DNA of 64,000 bases, taken from the NCBI GenBank assembly GCA_040954595.2, contig CM082596.2, positions 1-64,000 on the forward strand, given 5' to 3'. The notes under the pieces were generated by a model, which saw only the letters and a program-made list of their open reading frames with translations, did not search any database and was not told the DNA's origin. The stretch's first letter is position 1. Every line of letters starts with the position of its first letter. The stretch comes from Balanoglossus misakiensis. Lineage: Eukaryota > Animalia > Hemichordata. The position numbers and the translations under genes are program-made. This document shows, piece by piece, positions 1-12,023 of this stretch.

Positions 1-3000
1 ACAGCTTCCGGTGGCAACCCGGCGTCGAAGAAGGGGTTGGGTATCAGGTTGGCCTCCTACAGCTTCCCGGTGGCAACCCGGCGGTCGAAGAAGGGGTTGG
101 GTTCAGGTTGGCCTCCTACAGCTTCCGGTGGCAACCGGCGGTCGAAGAAGGGGTTGGGTATCAGGTTGGCCTCCTACAGCTTCCGGTGGCAACCCGGCGG
201 TCGAAGAAGGGGTTGGGTATCAGGTTGGCCTCCTACAGCTTCCGGTGGCAACCCGGCGGTCGAAGAAGGGGTTGGGTATCAGGTTGGCCTCCTACAGCTT
301 CCGGTGGCAACCCGGCGGTCGAAGAAGGGGTTGGGTATCAGGTTGGCCTCCTACAGCTTCCGGTGGCAACCCGGCGGTCGAAGAAGGGGTTGGGTATCAG
401 GTTGGCCTCCTACAGCTTCCGGTGGCAACCCGGCGGTCGAAGAAGGGGTTGGGTATCAGGTTGGCCTCCTACAGCTTCCGGTGGCAACCCGGCGGTCGAA
501 GAAGGGGTTGGGTATCAGGTTGGCCTCCTACAGCTTCCGGTGGCAACCCGGCGGTCGAAGAAGGGGTTGGGTATCAGGTTGGCCTCCTACAGCTTCCGGT
601 GGCAACCCGGCGGTCGAAGAAGGGGTTGGGTATCAGGTTGGCCTCCTACAGCTTCCGGTGGCAACCCGGCGGTCGAAGAAGGGGTTGGGTATCAGGTTGG
701 CCTCCTACAGCTTCCGGTGGCAACCCGGCGGTCGAAGAAGGGGTTGGGTATCAGGTTGGCCTCCTACAGCTTCCGGTGGCAACCCGGCGGTCGAAGAAGG
801 GGTTGGGTATCAGGTTGGCCTCCTACAGCTTCCGGTGGCAACCCGGCGGTCGAAGAAGGGGTTGGGTATCAGGTTGGCCTCCTACAGCTTCCGGTGGCAA
901 CCCGGCGGTCGAAGAAGGGGTTGGGTATCAGGTTGGCCTCCTACCGGTGGCAACCCGGCGGTCGAAGAAGGGGTTGGGTATCAGGTTGGCCTCCTACAGC
1001 TTCCGGTGGCAACCCGGCGGTCGAAGAAGGGGTTGGGTATCAGGTTGGCCTCCTACAGCTTCCGGTGGCAACCCGGCGGTCGAAGAAGGGGTTGGGTATC
1101 AGGTTGGCCTCCTACAGCTTCCGGTGGCAACCCGGCGGTCGAAGAAGGGGTTGGGTATCAGGTTGGCCTCCTACAGCTTCCGGTGGCAACCCGGCGGTCG
1201 AAGAAGGGGTTGGGTATCAGGTTGGCCTCCTACAGCTTCCGGTGGCAACCCGGCGGTCGAAGAAGGGGTTGGGTATCAGGTTGGCCTCCTACAGCTTCCG
1301 GTGGCAACCCGGCGGTCGAAGAAGGGGTTGGGTATCAGGTTGGCCTCCTACAGCTTCCGGTGGCAACCCGGCGGTCGAAGAAGGGGTTGGGTATCAGGTT
1401 GGCCTCCTACAGCTTCCGGTGGCAACCCGGCGGTCGAAGAAGGGGTTGGGTATCAGGTTGGCCTCCTACAGCTTCCGGTGGCAACCCGGCGGTCGAAGAA
1501 GGGGTTGGGTATCAGGTTGGCCTCCTACAGCTTCCGGTGGCAACCCGGCGGTCGAAGAAGGGGTTGGGTATCAGGTTGGCCTCCTACAGCTTCCGGTGGC
1601 AACCCGGCGGTCGAAGAAGGGGTTGGGTATCAGGTTGGCCTCCTACAGCTTCCGGTGGCAACCCGGCGGTCGAAGAAGGGGTTGGGTATCAGGTTGGCCT
1701 CCTACAGCTTCCGGTGGCAACCCGGCGGTCGAAGAAGGGGTTGGGTATCAGGTTGGCCTCCTACAGCTTCCGGTGGCAACCCGGCGGTCGAAGAAGGGGT
1801 TGGGTATCAGGTTGGCCTCCTACAGCTTCCGGTGGCAACCCGGCGGTCGAAGAAGGGGTTGGGTATCAGGTTGGCCTCCTACAGCTTCCGGTGGCAACCC
1901 GGCGGTCGAAGAAGGGGTTGGGTATCAGGTTGGCCTCCTACAGCTTCCGGTGGCAACCCGGCGGTCGAAGAAGGGGTTGGGTATCAGGTTGGCCTCCTAC
2001 AGCTTCCGGTGGCAACCCGGCGGTCGAAGAAGGGGTTGGGTATCAGGTTGGCCTCCTACAGCTTCCGGTGGCAACCCGGCGGTCGAAGAAGGGGTTGGGT
2101 ATCAGGTTGGCCTCCTACAGCTTCCGGTGGCAACCCGGCGGTCGAAGAAGGGGTTGGGTATCAGGTTGGCCTCCTACAGCTTCCGGTGGCAACCCGGCGG
2201 TCGAAGAAGGGGTTGGGTATCAGGTTGGCCTCCTACAGCTTCCGGTGGCAACCCGGCGGTCGAAGAAGGGGTTGGGTATCAGGTTGGCCTCCTACAGCTT
2301 CCGGTGGCAACCCGGCGGTCGAAGAAGGGGTTGGGTATCAGGTTGGCCTCCTACAGCTTCCGGTGGCAACCCGGCGGTCGAAGAAGGGGTTGGGTATCAG
2401 GTTGGCCTCCTACAGCTTCCGGTGGCAACCCGGCGGTCGAAGAAGGGGTTGGGTATCAGGTTGGCCTCCTACAGCTTCCGGTGGCAACCCGGCGGTCGAA
2501 GAAGGGGTTGGGTATCAGGTTGGCCTCCTACAGCTTCCGGTGGCAACCCGGCGGTCGAAGAAGGGGTTGGGTATCAGGTTGGCCTCCTACAGCTTCCGGT
2601 GGCAACCCGGCGGTCGAAGAAGGGGTTGGGTATCAGGTTGGCCTCCTACAGCTTCCGGTGGCAACCCGGCGGTCGAAGAAGGGGTTGGGTATCAGGTTGG
2701 CCTCCTACAGCTTCCGGTGGCAACCCGGCGGTCGAAGAAGGGGTTGGGTATCAGGTTGGCCTCCTACAGCTTCCGGTGGCAACCCGGCGGTCGAAGAAGG
2801 GGTTGGGTATCAGGTTGGCCTCCTACAGCTTCCGGTGGCAACCCGGCGGTCGAAGAAGGGGTTGGGTATCAGGTTGGCCTCCTACAGCTTCCGGTGGCAA
2901 CCCGGCGGTCGAAGAAGGGGTTGGGTATCAGGTTGGCCTCCTACAGCTTCCGGTGGCAACCCGGCGGTCGAAGAAGGGGTTGGGTATCAGGTTGGCCTCC

Positions 3001-3979
3001 TACAGCTTCCGGTGGCAACCCGGCGGTCGAAGAAGGGGTTGGGTATCAGGTTGGCCTCCTACAGCTTCCGGTGGCAACCCGGCGGTCGAAGAAGGGGTTG
3101 GGTATCAGGTTGGCCTCCTACAGCTTCCGGTGGCAACCCGGCGGTCGAAGAAGGGGTTGGGTATCAGGTTGGCCTCCTACAGCTTCCGGTGGCAACCCGG
3201 CGGTCGAAGAAGGGGTTGGGTATCAGGTTGGCCTCCTACAGCTTCCGGTGGCAACCCGGCGGTCGAAGAAGGGGTTGGGTATCAGGTTGGCCTCCTACAG
3301 CTTCCGGTGGCAACCCGGCGGTCGAAGAAGGGGTTGGGTATCAGGTTGGCCTCCTACAGCTTCCGGTGGCAACCCGGCGGTCGAAGAAGGGGTTGGGTAT
3401 CAGGTTGGCCTCCTACAGCTTCCGGTGGCAACCCGGCGGTCGAAGAAGGGGTTGGGTATCAGGTTGGCCTCCTACAGCTTCCGGTGGCAACCCGGCGGTC
3501 GAAGAAGGGGTTGGGTATCAGGTTGGCCTCCTACAGCTTCCGGTGGCAACCCGGCGGTCGAAGAAGGGGTTGGGTATCAGGTTGGCCTCCTACAGCTTCC
3601 GGTGGCAACCCGGCGGTCGAAGAAGGGGTTGGGTATCAGGTTGGCCTCCTACAGCTTCCGGTGGCAACCCGGCGGTCGAAGAAGGGGTTGGGTATCAGGT
3701 TGGCCTCCTACAGCTTCCGGTGGCAACCCGGCGGTCGAAGAAGGGGTTGGGTATCAGGTTGGCCTCCTACAGCTTCCGGTGGCAACCCGGCGGTCGAAGA
3801 AGGGGTTGGGTATCAGGTTGGCCTCCTACAGCTTCCGGTGGCAACCCGGCGGTCGAAGAAGGGGTTGGGTATCAGGTTGGCCTCCTACAGCTTCGGCAAC
3901 GTGGCGGTCGAAGAAGGGGTTGGGTATCAGGTTGGCCTCCTACAGCTTCCGGTGGCAACCCGGCGGTCGAAGAAGGGGT
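1..3979. repeat. 59-bp tandem satellite, ~67 near-identical copies
   Basis: Unit ACAGCTTCCGGTGGCAACCCGGCGGTCGAAGAAGGGGTTGGGTATCAGGTTGGCCTCCT. Register shifts 1 nt per 60-nt line. Only a few indels near 1-140, a 6-bp deletion at ~944 and a variant at ~3895. Confidence 0.98.
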
Positions 3980-6900
3980 GAATCTAGGCCAAATTGCCGG
4001 CGACTTCCTGTGAATCCGGGCCAAGTTGCGGCGACTTCCGGTCGTAACGGTGCGGTGAATCTGGGCCAAGTTGCCGGCGACTTCCGGTGGTAACGGTGCG
4101 GTGAATCTGGGCCAAGTTGATGGCGACTTCCTGTGAATCTGGGCCAAGTTGCCGGCGACTTCCGGTGGTAACAGCGCGGTGAAACTAGGCCAAGTTGCCG
4201 GCGACTTCCTGTCGTAACGTCGCGGTGAATATGGGCAAAGTTGCCGGCGACTTCCGGTCGTAACGGCGCGGTGAATCTGGGCCAAGTTGCCGTCGACTTC
4301 CGGTGGTAACGGCGCGGTGAATCTGGGCCAAGTTGCGGAGACTTCCGGTCGTAACGGCGCGGTGAATCCGGGCGAAGTTGCAGGCGACTTTCGGTCTTAA
4401 CGGCGCGGTGAATCTGGGCCAAGTTGCCGGCGACTTCCGGTCGTAACGGCGCGGTGAATCTAGGCCAAATGTCCGGCGACTTCCTGTGAATCCGGGCCAA
4501 GTTGCGGCGACTTCTGGTCGTAACGGTGCGGTGAATCTGGGCCAAGTTGCCGGCGACTTCCGGTGGTAACGGCGCGGTGGATCTGGGCAAAGTTGCCGGC
4601 GACTTCCTGTGAATCTGGGCCAAGTTGCCGTCGACTTCCGGTGGTAACGGCGCGGTGAATCTGGGCCAAGTTGCGGCGACTTCCGGTCGTAACGGCGCGG
4701 TGAATCCGGGCGAAGTTGCTGGCGACTTCCGGTCGTAACGGCGCGGTGAATCCCGGCCAAGTCGCCGGCAACTTCCGGTCGTAACGGTGCAGTGAATCTG
4801 GGCCAAGTTGCCGGCGACTTCCGGTGGTAACGGCGCGGTGGATCTGGGCCAAGTTGATGGCGACTTCCGGTGGTAACGGCGCGGTGAATCTGGGCCAAGT
4901 TGCGGCGACTTCCGGTCGTAACGGCGCGGTGAATCCGGGCGAAGTTGCTGGCGACATTCGGTCGTAACGGCGCGGTGAATCTGGGCCAAGTTGCCGGCGA
5001 CTTCCGGTCGTAATGGCGTGGTGAATCTGGGCCAAGTTGCCGGCGACTTCCTGTGGTAACGGCGCGGTGAATCTGGGCCAAGTTGATGGCGACTTCCTTT
5101 GAATCTGGGCCAAGTTGCCGGCGACTTCCTGTGAATCCGGGCCAAGTTGCGGGGACTTCCGGTCGTAACGGCGCGGTGAATCTGGGCCAAGTTGCTGGCG
5201 ACTTCCGGTGGTAACGGCGCGGTGAATCTGGGCCAAGTTGCCGGCGACTTCCTGTGGTAACGGCGCGGTGAATCTGGGCCAAGTTGATGGCGATTTCCTG
5301 TGAATCCGGGCCAAGTTGCCGGCGATTTCCGGTGGTAACGGCGCGGTGAAACGAGGCCAAGTTGCCGGCGACTTCCTGTCGTAACGGCGCGGTGAATATG
5401 GGCAGAGTTGCCGGCGACTTCCGATCGTAACGGCGCGGTGAATCTGGGCCAAGTTGCCGTCGAATTCCGGTGGTAACGGCGCGGTGAATCCGGGCCAAGT
5501 TGCGGCGACTTCCGGTCGTAACGGCGAGGTGAATCCGGGCGAAGTTGCTGGCGACTTTTGGTCGTAATGGCGTGGTGAATCTGGGCCAAGTTGCCGGCGA
5601 CTTCCTGTGGTAACGGCGCGGTGAATCTGGGCCAAGTTGATGGCGACTTCCTGTGAATCCGGGCCAAGTTGCGGCGACTTCCGGTCGTGATGGCGCGGTG
5701 AATCCGGGCCAAGTTGCCGGCGACTTCCGGTCGTAACGGCGCGGTGAATCCCGGCCAAGTCGCCGGCGACTTCCGGTCGTAACGGCGCGGTGAATCTGGG
5801 CCAAGTTGCCGGCGACTTCCTGTGAATCCGGGCCAAGTTGCGGCGACTTCCGGTCGTAACGGCGCGGTGAATCTGGGCCAAGTTGCCGGCGACTTCCGGT
5901 GTTAACGGCGCGGTGAATCTTGGCCAAGTTGCTGGCGACTTCCGGTCGTAACGGCGTGGTGAATCTGGGCCAAGTTGCCGGCGACTTCCGGTCGTAACGG
6001 CGTGGTGAATCTGGGCCAAGTTGCCGGCGACTTCCGGTCGTAACGGCGCGGTGAATCTGGGCCAAGTTGCCGGCGACTTCATGTGGCCGGCGACTTCTGG
6101 TCGTAACGGCGCGGTGAATCTGGGCCAAGTTGCCGGCGACTAACGGTCGTAACGGCGCGGTGAATCTGGGCCAAGTTGATGGCGACTTCCTGTGAATCCG
6201 GGCCAAGTTGCCGGCGTATTCCGGTCGTAACGGCGTGGTGAATCTGGGCCAAGTGGCCGGCGACTTCCGGTCGTAACGGCGCGGTGAATCTGGGCCAAGT
6301 TGATGGCGACTTCCTATCGTAACGGCGCGGTGAAACTGGGCCAAGTTGCCGGTGACTTCCGGTCGTAATGGCGTGGTTAATCTGGGCCAAGTTGCCGGCG
6401 ACTTCCTGTCGTAAAGGCGCGGTGAATCTGGTCCAAGTTGCCGGCGACTTCCTGTGGTAAAGGCGCGGTGAATCTGGGCCAAGTTGATGGCGACTTCCTG
6501 TGAATCCGGGCCAAGTTGCGGCGACTTCCGTTCGTAACGGCGCGGTGAATCTGGGCCAAGTTGCCGGCGACTTCCTGTGGTAAAGGCGCGGTGAATCTGG
6601 GCCAAGTTGATGGCGACTTCCTGTGAATCCGGGCCAAGTTGCGGCGACTTCCGTTCGTAACAGCGCGGTGAATCTGGGCCAAGTTGCCGGCAACTTCCTG
6701 TGGTAACGGCGCGGTGATTCTGGGCCAAGTTGATGGCGACTTCCTGTGAATCTGGTCCAAGTTGCGGCGACTTCCGGTCGTAACGGCGCGGTGAATCTGG
6801 GCCAAGTTGCCGGCGACTTCCTGTGGTAACGGCGCGGTGAATCTGGGCCAAGTTGATGGCGACTTCCTGTGAATCTGGTCCAAGTTGCCGTCGACTTCCG

Positions 6901-8395
6901 GTCGTAACAGCGCGGTGAATCTGGGCCAAGTTGCCGGCAACTTCCTGTGGTAACGGCGCGGTGATTCTGGGCCAAGTTGATGGCGACTTCCTGTGAATCT
7001 GGTCCAAGTTGCGGCGACTTCCGGTCGTAACGGCGCGGTGAATCTGGGCCAAGTTGCCGGCGACTTCCTGTGGTAAAGGCGCGGTGAATCTGGGCCAAGT
7101 TGATGGCGACTTCCTGTGAATCCGGGCCAAGTTGCCGGCGACTTCCGGTCGTAACAGCGTGGTGAATCTGGGCCAAGTTGCCGGCAACTTCCTGTGGTAA
7201 CGGCGCGGTGATTCTGGGCCAAGTTGCCGGCGACTTCCGGTGGTAACGGCGCGGTGAATCTGGGCCAAGTTGATGGCGACTTCCTGTGAATCTGGTCCAA
7301 GTTGCCGTCGACTTCCGGTCGTAACAGCGCGGTGAATCTGGGCCAAGTTGCCGGCAACTTCCTGTGGTAACGGCGCGGTGATTCTGGGCCAAGTTGATGG
7401 CGACTTCCTGTGAATCCGGGCCAAGTTGCCGGCGACTTCCGGACGTAACGGCGCGGTGAATCCCGGCCAAGTGGCCGGCGACTTCCGGTCGTAACGGCGC
7501 GGTGAATCTGGGCCAGGTTGCCGGTGACTTCCGGTCGTAACGGCGCGGTGAATCTGGGCCAAGTTGCCGGCGACTTCCTGTGAATCCGGGCCAAGTTGCT
7601 GCGACTTCCGGTCGTAACGGTGCGGTGAATCTGGGCCAAGTTGCCGGCGACTTCCGGTGGTAACGGCACGGTGATTCTGGGCCAAGTTGATGGCGACTTC
7701 CTGTGAATCCGGGCCAAGTTGCCGGCGACTTCCGGTGGTAACGGCGCGTTGAAACTAGGCCAAGTTGCCGGCGACTTCCTGTCGTAACGGCGCGGTGAAT
7801 ATGGGCAAAGTTGCCGGCGACTTCCGGTCGTAACGGCGCGGTGAATCTGTGCCAAGTTGCCGTCGACTTCCGGTGGTAACGGCGCTGTGAATCCGGGCCA
7901 AGTTGCGGCGACTTCCGGTCGTAACGGCGCGGAGAATCTGGGCCAAGTTGATGGCGACTTCCCGTGAATCCGGGCCAAGTTGCCGGCGACTTCCGGTCGT
8001 AACGGCGCGGTGAATCCGGGCCAAGTTGCTGGCGACTTCCGGTCGGAACGGCGCAGTGAATCCGGGCCAAGTTGCGGCGACTTCCGGTCGTAACGGCGCG
8101 GTGAATCCCGGCCAAGTCGCCGGCGACTTCCGGTCGTAACGGCGCGGTGAATCTGGGCCAAGTTGCCGGCGACTTCCTGTGAATCCGGGCCAAGTTGCGG
8201 CGACTTCCGGTCGTAACGGCGCGGTGAATCTGGGCCAAGTTGCCGGCGACTTCCGGTGTTAACGGCGCGGTGAATCTTGGCCAAGTTGCTGGCGACTTCC
8301 GGTGGTAACGGCGCGGTGAATCTGGGCCAAGCTGCCGGCGACTTCCTGTCGTAACGGCGCGGTGAATCTGGACCAAGTTGCCGGCGATTTCCTGT
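3978..8395. repeat. 46-bp satellite with interspersed 32-bp truncated units (array 1)
   Basis: Consensus GTGAATCTGGGCCAAGTTGCCGGCGACTTCCGGTCGTAACGGCGCG; short variant GTGAATCTGGGCCAAGTTGATGGCGACTTCCT; many point variants. Confidence 0.96.
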
Positions 8396-9178
8396 CGTAA
8401 CGTCGCGGTCGAAGGGGTTGGGCATCAGGTTGGCCTCCACCTCCGGTCGTAACGTCGCGGTCGAAGGGGTTGGGCATCAGGTTGGCCTCCACCTCCGGTC
8501 GTAACGTCGCGGTCGAAGGGGTTGGGCATCAGGTTGGCCTCCACTTCCGGTCGTAACGTCGCGGTCGAAGGGGTTGGGCATCAGGTTGGCCTCCACTTCC
8601 GGTCGTAACGTCGCGGTCGAAGGGGTTGGGCATCCGGTTGCCCTGCACTTCCGGTCGTAACGTCGCGGTCGAAGGGGTTGGGCATCAGGTTGCCCTGCAC
8701 TTCCGGTCGTAACGTCGCGGTCGAAGGGGTTGGGCATCAGGTTGCCCTGCACTTCCGGTCGTAACGTCGCGGTCGAAGGGGTTGGGCATCAGGTTGCCCT
8801 CCACCTCCGGTCGTAACGTCGCGGTCGAAGGGGTTGGGCATCAGGTTGGCCTCCACCTCCGGTCGTAACGTCGCGGTCGAAGGGGTTGGGCATCAGGTTG
8901 GCCTCCACCTCCGGTCGTAACGTCGCGGTCGAAGGGGTTGGGCATCAGGTTGGCCTCCACCTCCGGTCGTAACGTCGCGGTCGAAGGGGTTGGGCATCAG
9001 GTTGGCCTCCACCTCCGGTCGTAACGTCGCGGTCGAAGGGGTTGGGCATCAGGTTGGCCTCCACCTCCGGTCGTAACGTCGCGGTTGAAGGGGTTGGGCA
9101 TCAGGTTGGCCTCCACCTCCGGTCGTAACGTCGCGGTCGAAGGGGTTGGGCATCAGGTTGGCCTCCACTTCCGGTCGT
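8394..9178. repeat. 52-bp satellite (array 1, ~15 copies)
   Basis: Unit CGTAACGTCGCGGTCGAAGGGGTTGGGCATCAGGTTGGCCTCCACCTCCGGT. Confidence 0.96.
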
Positions 9179-9240
9179 TGGGGTCAAGTGTCTGAGGCAA
9201 CGGCGGGGTGTAACGGGGCAGGTTTGGGGTCAAATGTCTG

Positions 9241-10739
9241 CCAAGTGGCCGGCGACTTCCGGTCGTAACGGCGCGGTGAATCTGGGCCAAGTTGATGGCG
9301 ACTTCCTATCGTAACGGCGCGGTGAAACTGGGCCAAGTTGCCGGTGACTTCCGGTCGTAACAGCGTGGTGAATCTGGGCCAAGTTGCCGGCAACTTCCTG
9401 TGGTAACGGCGCGGTGAATCTGGGCCAAGTTGCCGGCGACTTCCTGTGGTAACGGCGCGGTGAATCTGGGCCATGTTGATGGCGACTTCCTGTGAATCCG
9501 GGCCAAGTTGCCGGCGACTTCCGGTGGTAACTGCGCGGTGAAACCAGGCCAAGTTGCCGGCGACTTCCTGTCGTATCGGCGCGGTGAATATGGGCAAAGT
9601 TGCCGGCGACTTCCGGTCGTAACGGCGCGGTGAATCTGGGCCAAGTTGCCGGCGACTAACGGTCGTAACGGCGCGGTGAATCTGGGCCAAGTTGATGGCG
9701 ACTTCCTGTGAATCCGGGCCAAGTTGCCGGCGACTTCCGGACGTAACGGCGCGGTGAATCCCGGCCAAGTGGCCGGCGACTTCCGGTCGTAACGGCGCGG
9801 TGAATCTGGGCCAGGTTGCCGGTGACTTCCGGTCGTAACGGCGCGGTGAATCTGGGCCAAGTTGCCGGCGACTTCCTGTGAATCCGGGCCAAGTTGCTGC
9901 GACTTCCGGTCGTAACGGTGCGGTGAATCTGGGCCAAGTTGCTGGCGACTTCCGGTGGTAACGGCACGGTGATTCTGGGCCAAGTTGATGGCGACTTCCT
10001 GTGAATCCGGGCCAAGTTGCCGGCGACTTCCGGTGGTAACGGCGCGGTGAAACTAGGCCAAGTTGCCGGCGACTTCCTGTCGTAACGGCGCGGTGAATAT
10101 GGGCAAAGTTGCCGGCGACTTCCGGTCGTAACGGCGCGGTGAATCTGTGCCAAGTTGCCGTCGACTTCCGGTGGTAACGGCGCTGTGAATCCGGGCCAAG
10201 TTGCGGCGACTTCCGGTCGTAACGGCGCGGAGAATCTGGGCCAAGTTGATGGCGACTTCCCGTGAATCCGGGCCAAGTTGCCGGCGACTTCCGGTCGTAA
10301 CGGCGCGGTGAATCCGGGCCAAGTTGCTGGCGACTTCCGGTCGGAACGGCGCAGTGAATCCGGGCCAAGTTGCGGCGACTTCCGGTCGTAACGGCGCGGT
10401 GAATCCCGGCCAAGTCGCCGGCGACTTCCGGTCGTAACGGCGCGGTGAATCTGGGCCAAGTTGCCGGCGACTTCCGGTCGTAACGGCGCGGTGAATCTGG
10501 GCCAAGTTGCCGGCGACTTCCTGTGAATCCGGGCCAAGTTGCGGCGACTTCCGGTCGTAACGGCGCGGTGAATCTGGGCCAAGTTGCCGGCGACTTCCGG
10601 TGTTAACGGCGCGGTGAATCTTGGCCAAGTTGCTGGCGACTTCCGGTGGTAACGTCGCGGTGAATCTGGGCCAAGCTGCCGGCGACTTCCTGTCGTAACG
10701 GCGCGGTGAATCTGGACCAAGTTGCCGGCGATTTCCTGT
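9241..10739. repeat. 46/32-bp satellite (array 2)
   Basis: Same unit as 3978-8395. Diagnostic variants recur in the same order as at 6249 onward and 7390-8395. Confidence 0.95.
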
Positions 10740-11782
10740 CGTAACGTCGCGGTCGAAGGGGTTGGGCATCAGGTTGGCCTCCACCTCCGGTCGTAACGTC
10801 GCGGTCGAAGGGGTTGGGCATCAGGTTGGCCTCCACCTCCGGTCGTAACGTCGCGGTCGAAGGGGTTGGGCATCAGGTTGGCCTCCACTTCCGGTCGTAA
10901 CGTCGCGGTCGAAGGGGTTGGGCATCAGGTTGGCCTCCACTTCCGGTCGTAACGTCGCGGTCGAAGGGGTTGGGCATCAGGTTGGCCTCCACTTCCGGTC
11001 GTAACGTCGCGGTCGAAGGGGTTGGGCATCCGGTTGCCCTGCACTTCCGGTCGTAACGTCGCGGTCGAAGGGGTTGGGCATCAGGTTGCCCTGCACTTCC
11101 GGTCGTAACGTCGCGGTCGAAGGGGTTGGGCATCAGGTTGCCCTGCACTTCCGGTCGTAACGTCGCGGTCGAAGGGGTTGGGCATCAGGTTGCCCTCCAC
11201 CTCCGGTCGTAACGTCGCGGTCGAAGGGGTTGGGCATCAGGTTGGCCTCCACCTCCGGTCGTAACGTCGCGGTCGAAGGGGTTGGGCATCAGGTTGGCCT
11301 CCACCTCCGGTCGTAACGTCGCGGTCGAAGGGGTTGGGCATCAGGTTGGCCTCCACCTCCGGTCGTAACGTCGCGGTCGAAGGGGTTGGGCATCAGGTTG
11401 CCCTGCACCTCCGGTCGTAACGTCGCGGTCGAAGGGGTTGGGCATCAGGTTGGCCTCCACCTCCGGTCGTAACGTCGCGGTCGAAGGGGTTGGGCATCAG
11501 GTTGGCCTCCACCTCCGGTCGTAACGTCGCGGTCGAAGGGGTTGGGCATCAGGTTGGCCTCCACCTCCGGTCGTAACGTCGCGGTCGAAGGGGTTGGGCA
11601 TCAGGTTGGCCTCCACCTCCGGTCGTAACGTCGCGGTCGAAGGGGTTGGGCATCAGGTTGGCCTCCACCTCCGGTCGTAACGTCGCGGTTGAAGGGGTTG
11701 GGCATCAGGTTGGCCTCCACCTCCGGTCGTAACGTCGCGGTCGAAGGGGTTGGGCATCAGGTTGGCCTCCACTTCCGGTCGT
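10738..11782. repeat. 52-bp satellite (array 2, ~20 copies)
   Basis: Same unit and same order of variants (e.g. GTTGCCCTGCAC block) as 8394-9178. Confidence 0.96.
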
Positions 11783-12020
11783 TGGGGTCAAGTGTCTGAG
11801 GCAACGGCGGGGTGTAACGGGGCAGGTTTGGGGTCAAATGTCTGCAGCAACGGCAGGGTGGAAGGGGGCAGGGTTGGGGTCAAGTGTCTGTCACAATGGC
11901 AGGGTGGAACGGGGCAGGGTTGGGGTCAAGTGTCTGCCGCAACGGCGGGGTGGAACAGGTCAGGGTTGGGGTCAAGTGTCTGCCGCAACAGCGGGGTGTA
12001 ACGGGTCAGGGTTGGGGTCA
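11783..12020. repeat. ~48-bp G-rich minisatellite (~5 copies; 1.3 copies also at 9179-9240)
   Basis: GGGGTCAAGTGTCTG..CAACGGCGGGGTGGAACGGGGCAGGGTT repeated. Confidence 0.9.
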
Positions 12021-12023
12021 TAA

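Noticed and set aside
1-140. Variant satellite units at the window start
   Set aside because: Single-base indels clustered at the extreme end look like low-coverage consensus errors.
11-11148. Very long ORFs (up to 1360 aa) on both strands
   Set aside because: They are translations of satellites. Several frames are open at once, starts are mostly non-ATG, no domains are recognisable, and unit lengths are not multiples of 3.
1-12020. CRISPR array
   Set aside because: Head-to-tail repeats with no unique spacers, no cas genes, and a eukaryotic context.
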